From assembly GCA_032718475.1 (NCBI GenBank), contig JAUCBJ010000707.1:1-58245 (forward strand): 58,245 nt of DNA, given 5' to 3'. Under the pieces are notes generated by a model, which did not search any database, was not told where the DNA came from, and worked only from the letters and a program-made list of their open reading frames with translations. This document shows positions 1-58,245 of this stretch, piece by piece. This stretch comes from Nemertoderma westbladi (Eukaryota > Animalia > Xenacoelomorpha). Each line of letters begins with the position of its first letter. Within the stretch, counting starts at the first letter, position 1. The translations under genes were made by a program, and so were the position numbers.

Positions 1-1454
1 CCGAAAGTGAATAATATTTGTCAGAGATTATATATTAGTAATCAATCGAATAATACAGTAGGCTTGACCGCAAATAAATTTAAGCCCACGAATCCAGTCT
101 CCCGGTGTTATAAACGGGTCATTTGGACGCGCATGGACTGACTTCGGCTAATGTTTTTGGTTTGTTTTGTATTAAATCTTATCATCTTACAAAAGGCAGA
201 TTATCAATAAAGACATATAAATTTCGGCAGGTTAAACTGCTGAAGGTCTATAAAAGCGCGTACAGAAAGTGAAGATAACGAAACGCAGCTGTCAAAGCGA
301 ATTTTTGAGTAAAAGTGATAAAGGGTCTATTATTCGAAAAAAAAATCAATTTCATTATTTTTGTTAAGCGAAATTCAGTTATTCTGTCGAGTGATTGACT
401 TTTTAGTTCTTAGCTAAAATGCCAATGAGAGAATAACGCAACATTCTGAATTGCGTTAAAGAAAATTAGGGGTCCGACAGCCGTCCGCCTATAATGACAA
501 ATATGACACTGAAACATGCGCCTCTATTCTATTGTAAAGCCCCACTGCATTGTAACTTTCCCTTAATTGATAAAACTTTGTTTCACAAATTAGTAAAAAA
601 ATATGTTTTAATCCTATATTGTTACATTTTCGCTTGAATATAACCCAAATTCGGGAGAAAAAGGATTACTTTTTTTCCGTAACTCAATGCATTGATTTTA
701 AATTTTTCCCGGCGAAAAAAGTGATATAAAACATTTTTAGTGGAATTTCTTAAATTTTAATACATGCGTTGATAGAGCATCGGAGTAGAAAAGGTTTGCA
801 AGTAATTTGAGAAACATCCATTCACATAACAGTTAAATACTGCAACTTTAGTGTCTACAAGGTGTATTCCAAAACGGAATTATATAACCAATATTGGTTT
901 ATGGTACTGTATTAAGCGGCTCTCTAGTAATAAATTCAGTCAATTAAAATTAGTGACAGAAAATGTTTCTATATGATACTTTTTCTCATCGACGAACATT
1001 ATATTTTCAACGGATTTCAAATTTAAAAAATCCCCCTTTCAGTAATTTTTATAATACATCTCATATATATTGAGGGGTTACTTAGATGGCTACAATATTA
1101 CGGCTGTACAGTGGGTAGTCACAGTACATATTATTATAATAATAATACTTGATAATATTATTGATATATAGATTAAGAAACTACAATATAGTGTTTTCTG
1201 AATAAATCTCAAATATATAAATAAGTATGATTACTATCATACTTATATATTGGAGATTTTTCAGAAACAATAAATTTTAGTATCATTGATTTTGATTAGG
1301 GCAAATAGATCAATTATGGGTAAAGTAAAAATGTTGGAAGGGTGGTGGGCGACCTGACAAGATTCCAGATAAAAATATTTTAATTTCGTTGAGTAAATAT
1401 AGCTGTTGAGATATGGGCGTTCTAATATTGGATGTTTCTGCATGGCCGTGTGGC

Positions 1455-2298
1455 GGACTTAGAACACTTCCCCCCCGGACACTTCCCCCCCCCCCCCCCC
1501 GGACACTTGCCCCCCGGACACTCCCCCCCCCCCCCCCAGTTAAAATGTTCAAATTAATCTGGGTGCATCAAAGCAATAAACAAAAGTTAAAGATGGTTAC
1601 AGGACAAGTTGTATCTAGACAAGTTTTTTCAAAATTATAAAAGAAACATTTTTATAGTCAAATTTTGTTTGTTTTTCTTTTAATTCCTTTAATTCTTTTA
1701 ATTTCTTTTAATTGGGGGCTACCGCCCCCAAACCCCCGCTTCTTTTCTTGGGGCCTACCGCCCCCAAACCCCCGCTTCTTTTCTTGGGGGTTATCGCCCC
1801 AGACCCCGGCATTTCCCTGAGTGCCCGTGGTGAAAGACTTTAGACCACTTTGAAGAAGACTATTACATAATAATACCTATAATTAAAACAATTAATTATT
1901 ATAATTCTATAGTTAATAAAAACAGTATATCATTCCGGGGATGGAATTTATAGGTCATCTAATATAATTAATTGTTTAAAAATTAGCAAACAATACGATG
2001 TAATTGCATTGATAAAACCCATAAATAAAACTTGGATATAAAATGTAAAATCGGGATGCAAAAGATCACTTTCTGAGCTACGAAAGGAAAATTGGATACA
2101 ACTTTTCTGGATACAAGCGGTCCGTTTACCTTACAAAATGAAAAATACGAATGTGCGAAGTTAAGAACAGTCGGGCGGGCGGGAAGTGTCCGCGGAGGGG
2201 AAGTGTCTGGGGGGGAAGTGTCCGGGGAGGAAGTGTCCTACTTGAGCGGGGGGGAACTGTCCGGGGGGGAAGTGTCCGGGGGGAAGTGTCCGAACACC
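1455..2298. mobile_element. Non-autonomous Mutator/foldback-like element with G/C-rich modular TIRs
   Basis: GGACACTTCCCCC arrays at 1461-1540 are mirrored by GGGGAAGTGTCC arrays at ~2180-2292. The termini align without gaps. Flanks ccgtgtggc (1446-1454) and ccgtatgac (2299-2307) are a 7/9 match to a 9-bp TSD. Confidence 0.7.
1712..1810. repeat. About 3 tandem copies of a ~35-bp unit (ttgggggctaccgcccccaaacccccgcttcttttc) inside the Mutator-like element
   Basis: Direct inspection. Confidence 0.8.
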
Positions 2299-3826
2299 CC
2301 GTATGACTATTCATCATCAAACCATTCTTAAACAGAATAATAAAAAATAAATATTAGAAAACGATTCAGAAAAAACGAAAAAAATATTGGGAATTAAATC
2401 GCGCAAATGCAGATTAAGAACCCGATCGTGGGACTCCGAATTATCCCACCAAACATTGATTAAATATAAATAATAACACTTTCAATTAATAATCATTTAA
2501 TCACCTGATTGGCGTTTTGTGCTGAGCGACCATAAAAGCATGTCAAAGATCTGCGGAAACGGATAAATTTTACGAGTAATTGATCAACTTGCAGACTATA
2601 GTATATAATTAATTTATTAAATATAGCTTCCTCAGCTGGGCTGCTTTTGTTTTACAGTTTATCGAAAAAAAGATTAAAATATAGGTCGCTAACATTCCAC
2701 CCTCAAGCATTAATCTAAGGTTCACCCAGAAAACTAACTGTCAGCTGATACACTAAATAGTAATACTTTTAGTGGAAAGTAGAAAGTCGTAGTAGAAATT
2801 CTAATATTTTCACCTTATGCTGTGATAAGGTCATTATTAATTAAATTATCTACGAAAACGACTTCAATTACAAACTAACATAAAAAATGTTCATATTTAC
2901 TCTAATGTACATATACAGTCAATGATATCTATCTATTTATAATTACTATTCATTACCAATATGGACAACTCACCAATGGACCAACAAATGCATTCAATTA
3001 AAAATAGTGTGGAAACTATAGAACTACTGAATCCACATGCACTAACCTACATCACGTGCACCAAATAATTAATCACAGGCAAGGCATGCAGCAAATTGCC
3101 CAATAGGTCACTTTTCCAATATAAACGATTTTCTATCACTTGTATTGTATATTCATTCCACTTACAAAATAAGTCACTTAGTAAGTGTTCCGAGTCCATA
3201 ATTTCTAAACACTAGTACCGGTAGCTACTACACCACATTCATAAGTCCCCTTTCACACGGTTCCACAATAAATATTTCACATACTTTGATGTGTATAGTT
3301 GTTATTTTTTTATGCGCAATATTGTTTATATATATTTAGATACTATATTCCAGGACATGGTGGTATCTTGATATCTTAAGATACCAATAAGATATCTTAT
3401 ATGTATTCTGCCGTTGCGTTGTATATTGTATTCTTATATTGTATGTTATATATATGTTTAAAACACTATATCTCGAAAAATTTCGATTTCAATTTTTACA
3501 TCGATTCTGGCTAATTCGTACCTGCTCTTTCTCGTGGTGCCATTTCGTTTTGTACGATTCAGTATTGTTTACAAGGCATCGTCGATATAAAAAATGTATA
3601 ATCCAAGGTATAAAAAAATGGGTGGTATATTATCTTTACGGGCGGAACAATCCACCGCCCTCCACCATAGGCACCCACGCCAAACCACCCTCCATCCACT
3701 CTTGGCGGCCTCACCAAACGAACCTCTACCCTTGGCACCCTCGTAAAACCAACCTCCACCCTTGACTCCAAAGCCAAATCACCCTCCACCCTTAGCGCCC
3801 ACGCCAAACTACCTGACACCCACGCC

Positions 3827-4180
3827 ACTAGTACTGCATTGTAGCTGCATTTATAAGAATGCTGTGCCGGATTGTCGACAAAATTGCGCCGCCACAACTC
3901 CCTATTACCCATGACATTTGCTATATCATCCGCATTTTCAATGCCTGTATCCTTTAAGATGCGTCTCAAGAAAGTCACGGGCTGTCCACCATGCTTATTC
4001 ACTCCATGAGGCTGCCAAAGTACAAGATTATGCACTGGCTGGTCCTCACGGCGAAAGCAATGTCCTGCAAAGCGGAGGCGATTTTGTTCTAGTGTCAAGC
4101 TTGGGGGAACCAATGAGACACCTCCAATGTTATATAGTGTCTGGTTTGAGATGTGTGCATTGTACTTGACACAATGAACC
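3827..4180 (-). mobile_element. RTE-clade LINE, 3' fragment
   Basis: Reverse complement of ~6724-7075; encodes RLRFAGHCFRREDQPVHNLVLWQP. Confidence 0.9.
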
Positions 4181-4284
4181 AAATATAGAAAAAGACAAAA
4201 TACATATTGACTGCTGGCCTCAATGACATTCAGCCGCCAGCAGCTCTCCTCATTCAGCCTCCAGCAACCCTCCTCGTTCAGCCT

Positions 4285-4410
4285 CCATATACAGCAGCTA
4301 CCACACCACGTACAGCAACCACCCTCCATGTACAGCAACCAGCTCTCCACGTACAGCAACCAGCCCTCCATGTACAGCAGCCAGCTCTCCATGTACAGCA
4401 GCCAGCCCTC
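4285..4410. repeat. 21-bp minisatellite (cagcaaccagctctccatgta), about 6 copies, preceded by related units from ~4228
   Basis: Direct inspection; produces periodic ORFs (LHVQQPA repeats). Confidence 0.85.
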
Positions 4411-4811
4411 ACAAAGCACCATGTTCAGATAGAAGATAGACTAGACTAGGTAAAGATAGACTATGGGATTGAAAGTTGATATTGGGAATAGTATTAGATC
4501 GAATATGTGTTTACATATTGATTATTATGTTATATATATAATATATATATAGTACATAATATATAATATTTATGTATTTATTATGTCATATAGTCTTTCG
4601 TGTGTAATTGGTCCATCGAGTGTGGAGTGGGAGGTAACTTTATTACGTGATCACCTAGACACCACCGGGATTGAAGTTGGATGGATTTCGGCCAGACCTG
4701 GTGGTGAGGGGAATATGGACTGGACACTAGAGGCCAGTGGAATTACCGGACACAATCGGCCTCACAATGTTAACTCCTGACCGGCTGCCTGTCTCACCCC
4801 CTACACCCGAC

Positions 4812-7089
4812 TTTACACTTCGACCCTTCTCCAGTGGATCACCGCCTTATTGTGGCCAAGGTAAGACTTAGTCTGCGTGCTAGCAGAACAACGAAATCTG
4901 CCTTGCCGCGGCATGACTGGTCCTCTCTGTTGCAACAGCCAAGTGTGAGATCCAGCTTTACACTACAGCTGAGCAACAGGTATGAGGCTCTTGCCTCTGA
5001 GGCGGCAGATCACTGTGAGGGCTATACTGCCTTTACAGAAGCAGTTAAGTTAGCAGCTGCAGAAACAGTTCCTGTATACCCTCGAAACAGGAAAGGGCCC
5101 CCTGGACTGACAACAAAATTCAGAAGTGCCGAAATGACCTTCATAAGGCGCAGAAAGAGACCCGACTCAAACAGACTACAGCAGCCAAGAATGCAGTTAA
5201 GGCTGCATCTAGGTCCCTGAACAGGCAGTACTCTGCTAATCTACAGGAGCTAATAAACCAACAGGTTGATGCCATCAATGATGCTGACGACAGCAGGCAA
5301 TCATCCCAGGCATGGAAATCGATCAATCTGCTTACTGGGCGGAAAAGCCAACCAACCACCAAGGTTAAGGCTGAATCACCAGCCGATCGCCTCAATGGTT
5401 GGAAAGCCCACTTTGAAAAGCTCCTCAATAATGTCAGGGTATTGCCTGATAACTTTATAGAAGTAAAAGTGTCTGAGTCTGTACTCCCAGATATTCCCAT
5501 TGGCGCTATCTCCTTTGCAGAAGTGAAGGCTGCTGCAAAGAGCATTAAGACCAATCGTGCCAGTGGAGTAGATGGTGTTCCCCCTGAGGTCTTTAAAATA
5601 CCTGAGTGTTTAAAGCTCATCTATCCCATCATAGTAGACATGTACCGAACAACAAGAGTCCCACAAGAAATGAAAACAAATAAGTTGGTGCCAGTTCCCA
5701 AGAAGGGCAACCTAACACTCTATGGTTCTTTTCGGGGAATCTCATTGATCTCGATTGCTGCAAAGCTATACAATAGGATTCTATTAAATCGCATCAGGGA
5801 TCCCATTGAGAGACTGCTCAGTGGAAATCAGAATGGGTTCCGTAAAGGTCGTGGGACCATGGAGCCCATTTTGGCACTTAGAAGGACAATTGAAGAGTTA
5901 TCAAAAAAGAAAGACAGGCATCTGGCTGTTATCTTTGTTGACTTCTTCAAGGCCTTTGATTCAGTCTCTCGCTCACGTATGTTCAGCATACTTTCATTAT
6001 ATGGCATTCCTTATGAAATTATTGCAGCAATCAGATCAGTATACGATGTTTCGACAACATTTGTGTCTACTGTTGACGGTGACACAGAACCATTTGAAGT
6101 GTTATGGGGCGTCCTCCAAGGAGACACACTTGCACCATTCTTGTTCATTATTGTGGTTGACTATGTTCTACGCATGTCCTTAGATCATCATAATGATGAT
6201 GGGGTGATGATAACTCCACCTACTGGCTCCAGAAGTCGAGGAAATCCTGCCAAGTACCTAACTGATCTAGACTTTGCTGATGACTTAGGAGTACTCTCAG
6301 AATCATTAGAGGGAGCTCAACGGCTCCTCAGCTCATTAGAACATGCTGCTTCTAGTGTTGGTCTTTTTATTAACTCCAGAAAGACCAAAATTTTGACAGT
6401 TAACTTTGAAAGTCCTCAGCAAGTCTGTGATCAGATGAGCATAAGCTCAAAGGATGGTATGCTTGAGCATGTGGACGACTTCTGTTACCTGGGATCATGG
6501 ATCCGGAAGTCAGGTGAGGACCTTCGAATACGTAAGGGAAAGGCATGGGCAGCCTTGAATAGGCTTTCCAGGATTTGGAAGTCACCGAGAATTAATCGGA
6601 AACTTAAGGTCCGATTATTTAGAGCAGCAGTAGTACCAGTACTCCTCTACGGGAGTCCATGCTGGGCTCTAACTGCTGAGGACACCAAATCTCTGGATGG
6701 CACATTCACAAGAATGCTACGCCGGGTTCATTGTGTCAAGTACAATGCACACATCTCCAACCAGACACTATATAACATTGGAGGTGTCTCATTAGGTTCC
6801 CCCAAGCTTGACACTAGAACGAAATCGCCTCCGCTTTGCAGGACATTGCTTTCGCCGTGAGGACCAGCCAGTGCATAATCTTGTACTTTGGCAGCCTCAT
6901 GGAGTGAATAAGCATGGTGGACAGCCCATGACTTTCTTGAGACGCATCTTAAAGGACACTGGCCTTGAAGATGCGGATGATCTAGCAAATGTGATGGGTG
7001 ATAGGGAGTTGTGGCGGTGCAATTTTGTTTTTAAGCCGGCACAGCATTCTTAAAAATGCAGCTGCAATGCAGCATGCCGATCCTAGTAG
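4812..7089 (+). mobile_element. RTE-clade non-LTR retrotransposon, 5'-truncated, nearly intact RT with frameshifts near 5095 and 6795
   Basis: End of the endonuclease (DHRLIVAKV); RT motifs QNGFRKGR, FVDFFKAFDSV, GVLQGDTLAPFLF, DFADD, YLGS; C-terminal RLRFAGHC; short 3' UTR ending cctagtag. Confidence 0.93.
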
Positions 7090-8794
7090 CAGAGGGTGGC
7101 GTCGTTTGATATCATGGTCATTCACACTGGCACCCACCCTCATATGTCAACAACAACCGATCCACCTAATCCCTGCTGGATGATCGGTGTCCTTTAAAAA
7201 GGGCCACTACCAAACAGTCTGTGAGGAAAGGAGGATTCCCCTTTGTAGGGACAACCGATGGTGTCTGGTACCAAGAGGCCCAGATCGTGATATACCACAT
7301 TGCTGAGGTCTTGGTGGCCTTTGATATATGGTATTTCGAGCAACACCATTCCTTAATAATGAGTGCCGATAACTTGCCACTACTTGTCAATAAGGGAATT
7401 GAGAGATGAAGAAAGTCTTCAATTTCAAGGTCATTGCTTTTGGTGAAAAAAAAGCCTGGAAAGGGTTTATGAATTACCAAACAACATTTTAACATGTGCT
7501 TTGGAAAGCGAGGGATATTGGGAAGTTTCCCTGTCTAAATAAGTATTTATTATTTGTCGCTTTTATATGTCAGCAGTTTTATGTTTGCTATTCTGATTTT
7601 GATTTCTTTTAAGAATATCATATTTTATATTACATTCAATTCATAAGTTTCGTAATAATGATACATCTGAGGGGTTAGAGAGAATGAGATGATAGGAAAG
7701 GCACGTAATATAAACACCTTAAATACCTTCAAATAGCTGTTTGAAAACACTGTATATGTATGTCTCTACCAGCTTGTAAAATGTCAAAATACTATGTATT
7801 TTCTAATGTTCAATTCTTAAGGCTCTGCAAATTAATTAATTAAAAAAATTAAGTAAAACAATTCCACGGTTTTCCTCTTCCCTGTGATATAAAAATCACA
7901 TGATCTGGATTTATCAGAATTTTTCTCGAAATACTAATTTTCAAGATACAGTGTTTTACCATAAAATGGCTGTATTATCATGCTGCCCTGAAATCTCTTT
8001 GTATAAACTGTGAATTATTCAATTAAAGATCCTATCCAAGTTCCTCCTCAGAGCATGCTGTCCCTTGGTGGTTGTCATGTGACATGTCCTGTCCATGTTA
8101 TCTTTACACCCAAGGGGACAAACTGAAAACGGATTCAATGAGTAGCTGAAGCAAGCTTTGGACAATCATTATATGACAGATTCGTGTTAGGTTTATCAGC
8201 TAGATGTGTAAAAGCTAGGAATATCGTTAGAGATTGAGTTGAGATTACAAGTATAATTTGTCTGTAGGTTAAAGTCCTGCTTCACTTTGATATGGCATTT
8301 AATTTTGGATCATTTGATAACTTATTTCAAATATCCTCTGCATATTGACAAAGCAATGTGATTAGGAAATCGTCCAGTTCATTTTTCCGGTCAAGTTGCT
8401 TCTCCTGGTCATTCCGTATTATTGAATCGAATCAGGGAAATAATTTGTATTGGTTTGAAGTCGTTGTCCTCATTGCCTGGTATCTTAATAACAAAAGTTA
8501 GTACCATGTTAATACTACGAAGAGTTTGAGTGAGCATTATTTAACAAGTGTGATTATGATTTTGCATCCAAATATTGCTGAATTTCAATTTAGCTTTTCT
8601 CAACACTTTAATATGACTAATTTTCAATGATTATGTCTGCTGATTTAACTCCTCAGTCCGTACTTACAGTGATTTTTTAGGGAAATTGTTATACCCAACT
8701 AAATGTAGAAGAATCTACACTACAGTCTTGAAATCTCCTTAGAGAGGGATTTACTATTTTCCATTCGATGTTGTATATGTTGTATGTATCCTAG

Positions 8795-8910
8795 TGGATA
8801 ACTGACCTTTGATAAGCGATTTCAATTAAATGTTATTGGGTAAAAATCTTGTGTCCTATTGGATAACTGACCTCTGGGCAACTGAAATCAATTAAATGTT
8901 ATTGGGTAAA
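8795..8910. repeat. Two tandem copies of a ~65-bp unit (tggataactgacct...caattaaatgttattgggtaaa)
   Basis: Direct inspection. Confidence 0.7.
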
Positions 8911-9837
8911 GCCAGGTCTTGTTATGGTAGTCTATTGGGCATATGTTAGTTAACCACAAAGGCAACATAAACACACTACCAACATATCAGAACTATATGG
9001 AACCAAACAATCGTATAAAGCACGTACTGCATTACACAAATGGGCACTCATATATCGAAGATAATTCATTATTACATAATAATGCATTATACGGATCACA
9101 TCATATGGTACAGTTTAGGAGTGTAATGTGTAATAGGGATGGTGCATTGAAAAACTACTTGGCTGGAAACATTATTTGAATAAGGGCATTGAATCGAGGG
9201 GCTAAAATGCGGAGTAATGAATGGCATTCAATATGGCTAAGTTAGTGCAGGAAGCAAAAGGGAACCTATTTTCATAACTTTATAATTAATATATTCCCTA
9301 TTCTGAAAAGGTAGATATGCCTCGTAATGCGATTGGAAATGCATTAGCCAATTGATATGGAAACTACTATGCAGGACAAACTATTATTAATCTAACTTAC
9401 ATCAAACATGATGCGTAAAGTAATTTATTATTATCAATTATCATTTAATGAATAATTTGCATTTAAGTTAACATGTTTATTATGTTATTTATTATTATAT
9501 ATTATATTAAATATTTTAACTATTATAAACTTATAATAATATGAATATGTTTGGACATGTATATATATATTTTTATTATTTTCATAATAAATTATATTAC
9601 TTTTAATAAATTATATTATTAATATATTATCTACTTAATATGATCTATTAACAAAGTATATTATAAAATGTATCTCTTTATCTGGAATTATTTATATAAT
9701 GGTTTATTTTTGTTGATCAAAATTCTCATAGGTGATATATTAACGAGCTCACTTTGCAGAACTTTTTTATCCGAAGAAGAAAATCTTGCATATATGCTCC
9801 TTCCCTATTATAAATAAATATTTGCCATGGTTTTCTA

Positions 9838-55634
<45,797 letters not shown>

Positions 55635-56299
55635 CTGAATAATAAATATATAAAGTAGATTTATTTATTTGGTAAAGGAAGAAATACAACAACCTTTCAC
55701 GTAGGTATATAAAACCTGAAGAAAAACTTGAGAACAGAAGTTGAAAGCAATCAGTATCATCCAATAGAAGTCCGTTAGTTGGTTCGCCCCACCTAGGGAC
55801 TTATCAAGAAGCTAAGTGCACAAGGTGAAAGTTGATATTGTTCCAAAGGGAGAAGGTAAATGTGACATGAAAGGAAGAGCAAGAAGCATAACTAACTAGT
55901 CACTGTAAGCAGCTTAAACAAACTTGATTATGGTCCAGTGTGTGTGAATACATTTCAAGCATAATGTGCTGCAATATGCAATGAGTGGCCTTGCAATTAC
56001 TTCGAAAAGTTTTAACAGCTTGTCATGCCTGTTGTGCTGTTGTAACATGCCTGTAGTTGTTCTTTATTTGCACTTTCTCCTTTGGTAATGCTGATTGAAT
56101 TCAACATACTCAATTGTTATTTATTTGTTGGTTTCTATATACTTACTGGTAAAGTAATTTACTTCTTTATTGACCAAATAGATACCTGTAATAATATAAT
56201 TTTTACTTAACTCGACATGGCATAATCAACATTAAATTCTTGCCTAAGTTTAGCTAATGTATAAATAAATTCAGATCTTATACGAAGTACATCTCTATC

Positions 56300-56680
56300 T
56301 ATTCAACAAAACAATATCATTTATAATAATCCCACACTTAGGTGGGTTCCAATCAAACTGAAAAGGGATGCATTTTACATTTGCGCAAGGCTGAAGAATT
56401 GCTATCCGTACTTAGCATAAACGTAAACATATGCGTAAACATAGATTTACATACATTACAACATAGCTTTGCAAAAAATACATAATAATACATACATACG
56501 GACATAATAGTAAAACATCATTGGCATACACCATGCATCCAAAATAATATGAACCTATATAACAACACACCTTAGATAATTTCAGGTTATGTATTAAAAT
56601 ATTTAAAATTATACAAAAAAGCACTGGTAAAACTATACAACATGTCTAACTCCATTACTAACATTAAATTTACCTGTACT
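56300..56680 (-). mobile_element. Degenerate RTEX-like RT fragment related to 23977-24430
   Basis: NVSNGVRH, LFCIILNILI..LK.SKV.C.IG..YFGC..YANDV.LLCP. Confidence 0.8.
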
Positions 56681-56759
56681 AGAAGTATTCTACCTAACAA
56701 TTACACAATTATTACTATTATTACTTTTACCACAATTATTTTCTATATGGATGTTGTTT

Positions 56760-56995
56760 ATAGTTTCCCAGAATTTTTTCTGCCGTATATTCATTGCATT
56801 TTGATTTTAGGTTCCCAGGTGTGTGTATTGTTACCGAGATTTATTTGATACCTATGTGATTTCTTTGTTTGTCTCCGAGATTTACTTATTTATTTTACAT
56901 TACTTATGTATTTTGATGTGTTTATTATTTCCCAGAATTATTATTTACTATTTTGGATTCTCCCAGATTGATTTATTGTTACCAAGATTTATTAA
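56760..56995. repeat. Degenerate tcccaga/accgagattta repeat array
   Basis: Recurrent tcccagaatt and ttgttaccgagatttatt motifs. Confidence 0.45.
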
Positions 56996-58245
56996 CTATG
57001 GTACAGTAGGTCCTATATACTGTATGATTGTCGTACCGCAGGCTGTATATTTGTTACTCTACCATATTTGTGTTTTCGTTTCTTCTCTTTTTTAACTTGG
57101 ACAATAGGTTTGTGATATGCTCTAGTTCGTTTTGTGCTTTATTATTATATCCTGGAAGAATCCTTTAGTCAATAAACATCTAATTTAATCTAACATAACA
57201 TTCTTGGTGTAATATTAATGGATTAATTTCGTTAAGATATGGAAAAAAATGAGGAAGCACATCACAGGGTGTTGATAACTAATTTACGTTTCAGTGCTAA
57301 CCAGTTCAGCCACTTGCCGCTGACACTTACTCTCTCATTATTATTGTTATTATATATTCATACATTGTCAGCACATAATGCACAAGTACAGATCCTAGAT
57401 AAGATTTTGATTAAGTATGGAGGAACTACACACTATAAAGATCGAATGATGTAAACAAAGTAAATTTACTGAACCACAAATTGTAATTTTTAATACAATT
57501 ATTATTGATGCAACTTCTAACTTAAGTGCACTTTTAACTGGGGTATATGTGAATAATATTGCAAATAAGAATAATTAGCAGAGAAAGAAAAACAAAACAA
57601 AAAGAAGAATATGATGATTATATATAACACACACTAGGTACTAAATGGTATATACCCACGAAAGAATATTAACTCAAAAAATTATAATCCTGGTATTTCC
57701 CCTCTAATATGTCCCTAACTACACCCATTGTCCACTCCTTGCCCTGAGGTATTTCATACCATCAATGAGGTTTGATAGATTTGCCTGATAATAATTATAA
57801 ATGTTGTTCACCAAATTTGTTGCCAATTCGATGCAGATTTTTCCCAGTTCTAGATTAACAATCCTTGAAGCATTAATTAGCCAGAAATCTTACAGCAAAT
57901 GTGTTACTGTGTAATTACGATTCTGCGAAAGTAATAAAACGGCAGCAAAGCAAAATCCCCCCCCCCCCCCCCACCCCCTCCAACATCAGGTTATAAGAAG
58001 CATAGTATAATTCGGGTTAATACAAAAAGCTGCAGTTTGTGGAACTGCGATGTGTTGTACTATTTATGTATATGATAATAATGGGGTCATTGGCATATGT
58101 CACAATCGCAAACACATTTTCCTACCATCAATTATTCAATAGAGCATTGTATTTTAACTTAATTAATCCCAGGTTGCTGCTCGTTTCCCTCAAGGTTAAG
58201 AGTAGTGGATTACCAAATTGTGCTAAAAATCCTCCCAAAGCATAT

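Noticed and set aside
1-1000. Possible DNA-transposon end at the start of the window
   Set aside because: Suggestive composition only; no TIR pair, TSD or ORF could be demonstrated
1310-2331. Gly- and Pro-rich ORFs
   Set aside because: By-products of the G/C repeat arrays of the Mutator-like element
4207-4449. Periodic ORFs (LHVQQPA repeats)
   Set aside because: Translation of a 21-bp minisatellite; no gene context
5141-5620. Antisense ORFs over LINE RTs (also 15691-15939, 28922-29275, 39325-39594)
   Set aside because: Shadow frames of the opposite-strand coding sequence
7090-7500. Short ORFs downstream of the RTE copy
   Set aside because: No recognisable motif or splice context
55700-58245. 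Candidates for the signal-peptide exon (hydrophobic stretch at ~57520-57635; GHIRGEIPG at ~57690-57720)
   Set aside because: No ATG-initiated open frame ending in a phase-1 donor with a GD-I/L-LG motif; exon 1 is unresolved and may lie outside the window

Overview
AT-rich animal (invertebrate-like) genomic DNA. The window is dominated by one minus-strand, intron-rich class C GPCR gene, a metabotropic glutamate receptor most similar to group III. I traced 14 coding exons (55634 down to 9838) with GT-AG boundaries and consistent phases, about 792 codons in total. The signal-peptide exon(s) were not identified. The introns and downstream flank are packed with mobile DNA: at least seven copies or fragments of one RTE-clade LINE, a CR1/L2-group LINE, RTEX-like LINEs, a Neptune-type Penelope-like element with a minimal hammerhead ribozyme, a Sola2-like transposase relic, a tRNA-derived SINE and several MITEs. 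The most notable points are: (1) the receptor appears to stop right after TM7, with almost no C-terminal tail, and appears to lack a conserved two-cysteine loop of the Venus flytrap domain; (2) a ~10 kb block bounded by TIRs and a perfect 8-bp TSD encloses two different retrotransposons; (3) near-identical RTE copies in opposite orientation flank groups of exons. I cannot support a wholly new biological system. All family assignments are by motif recognition, without database searches.
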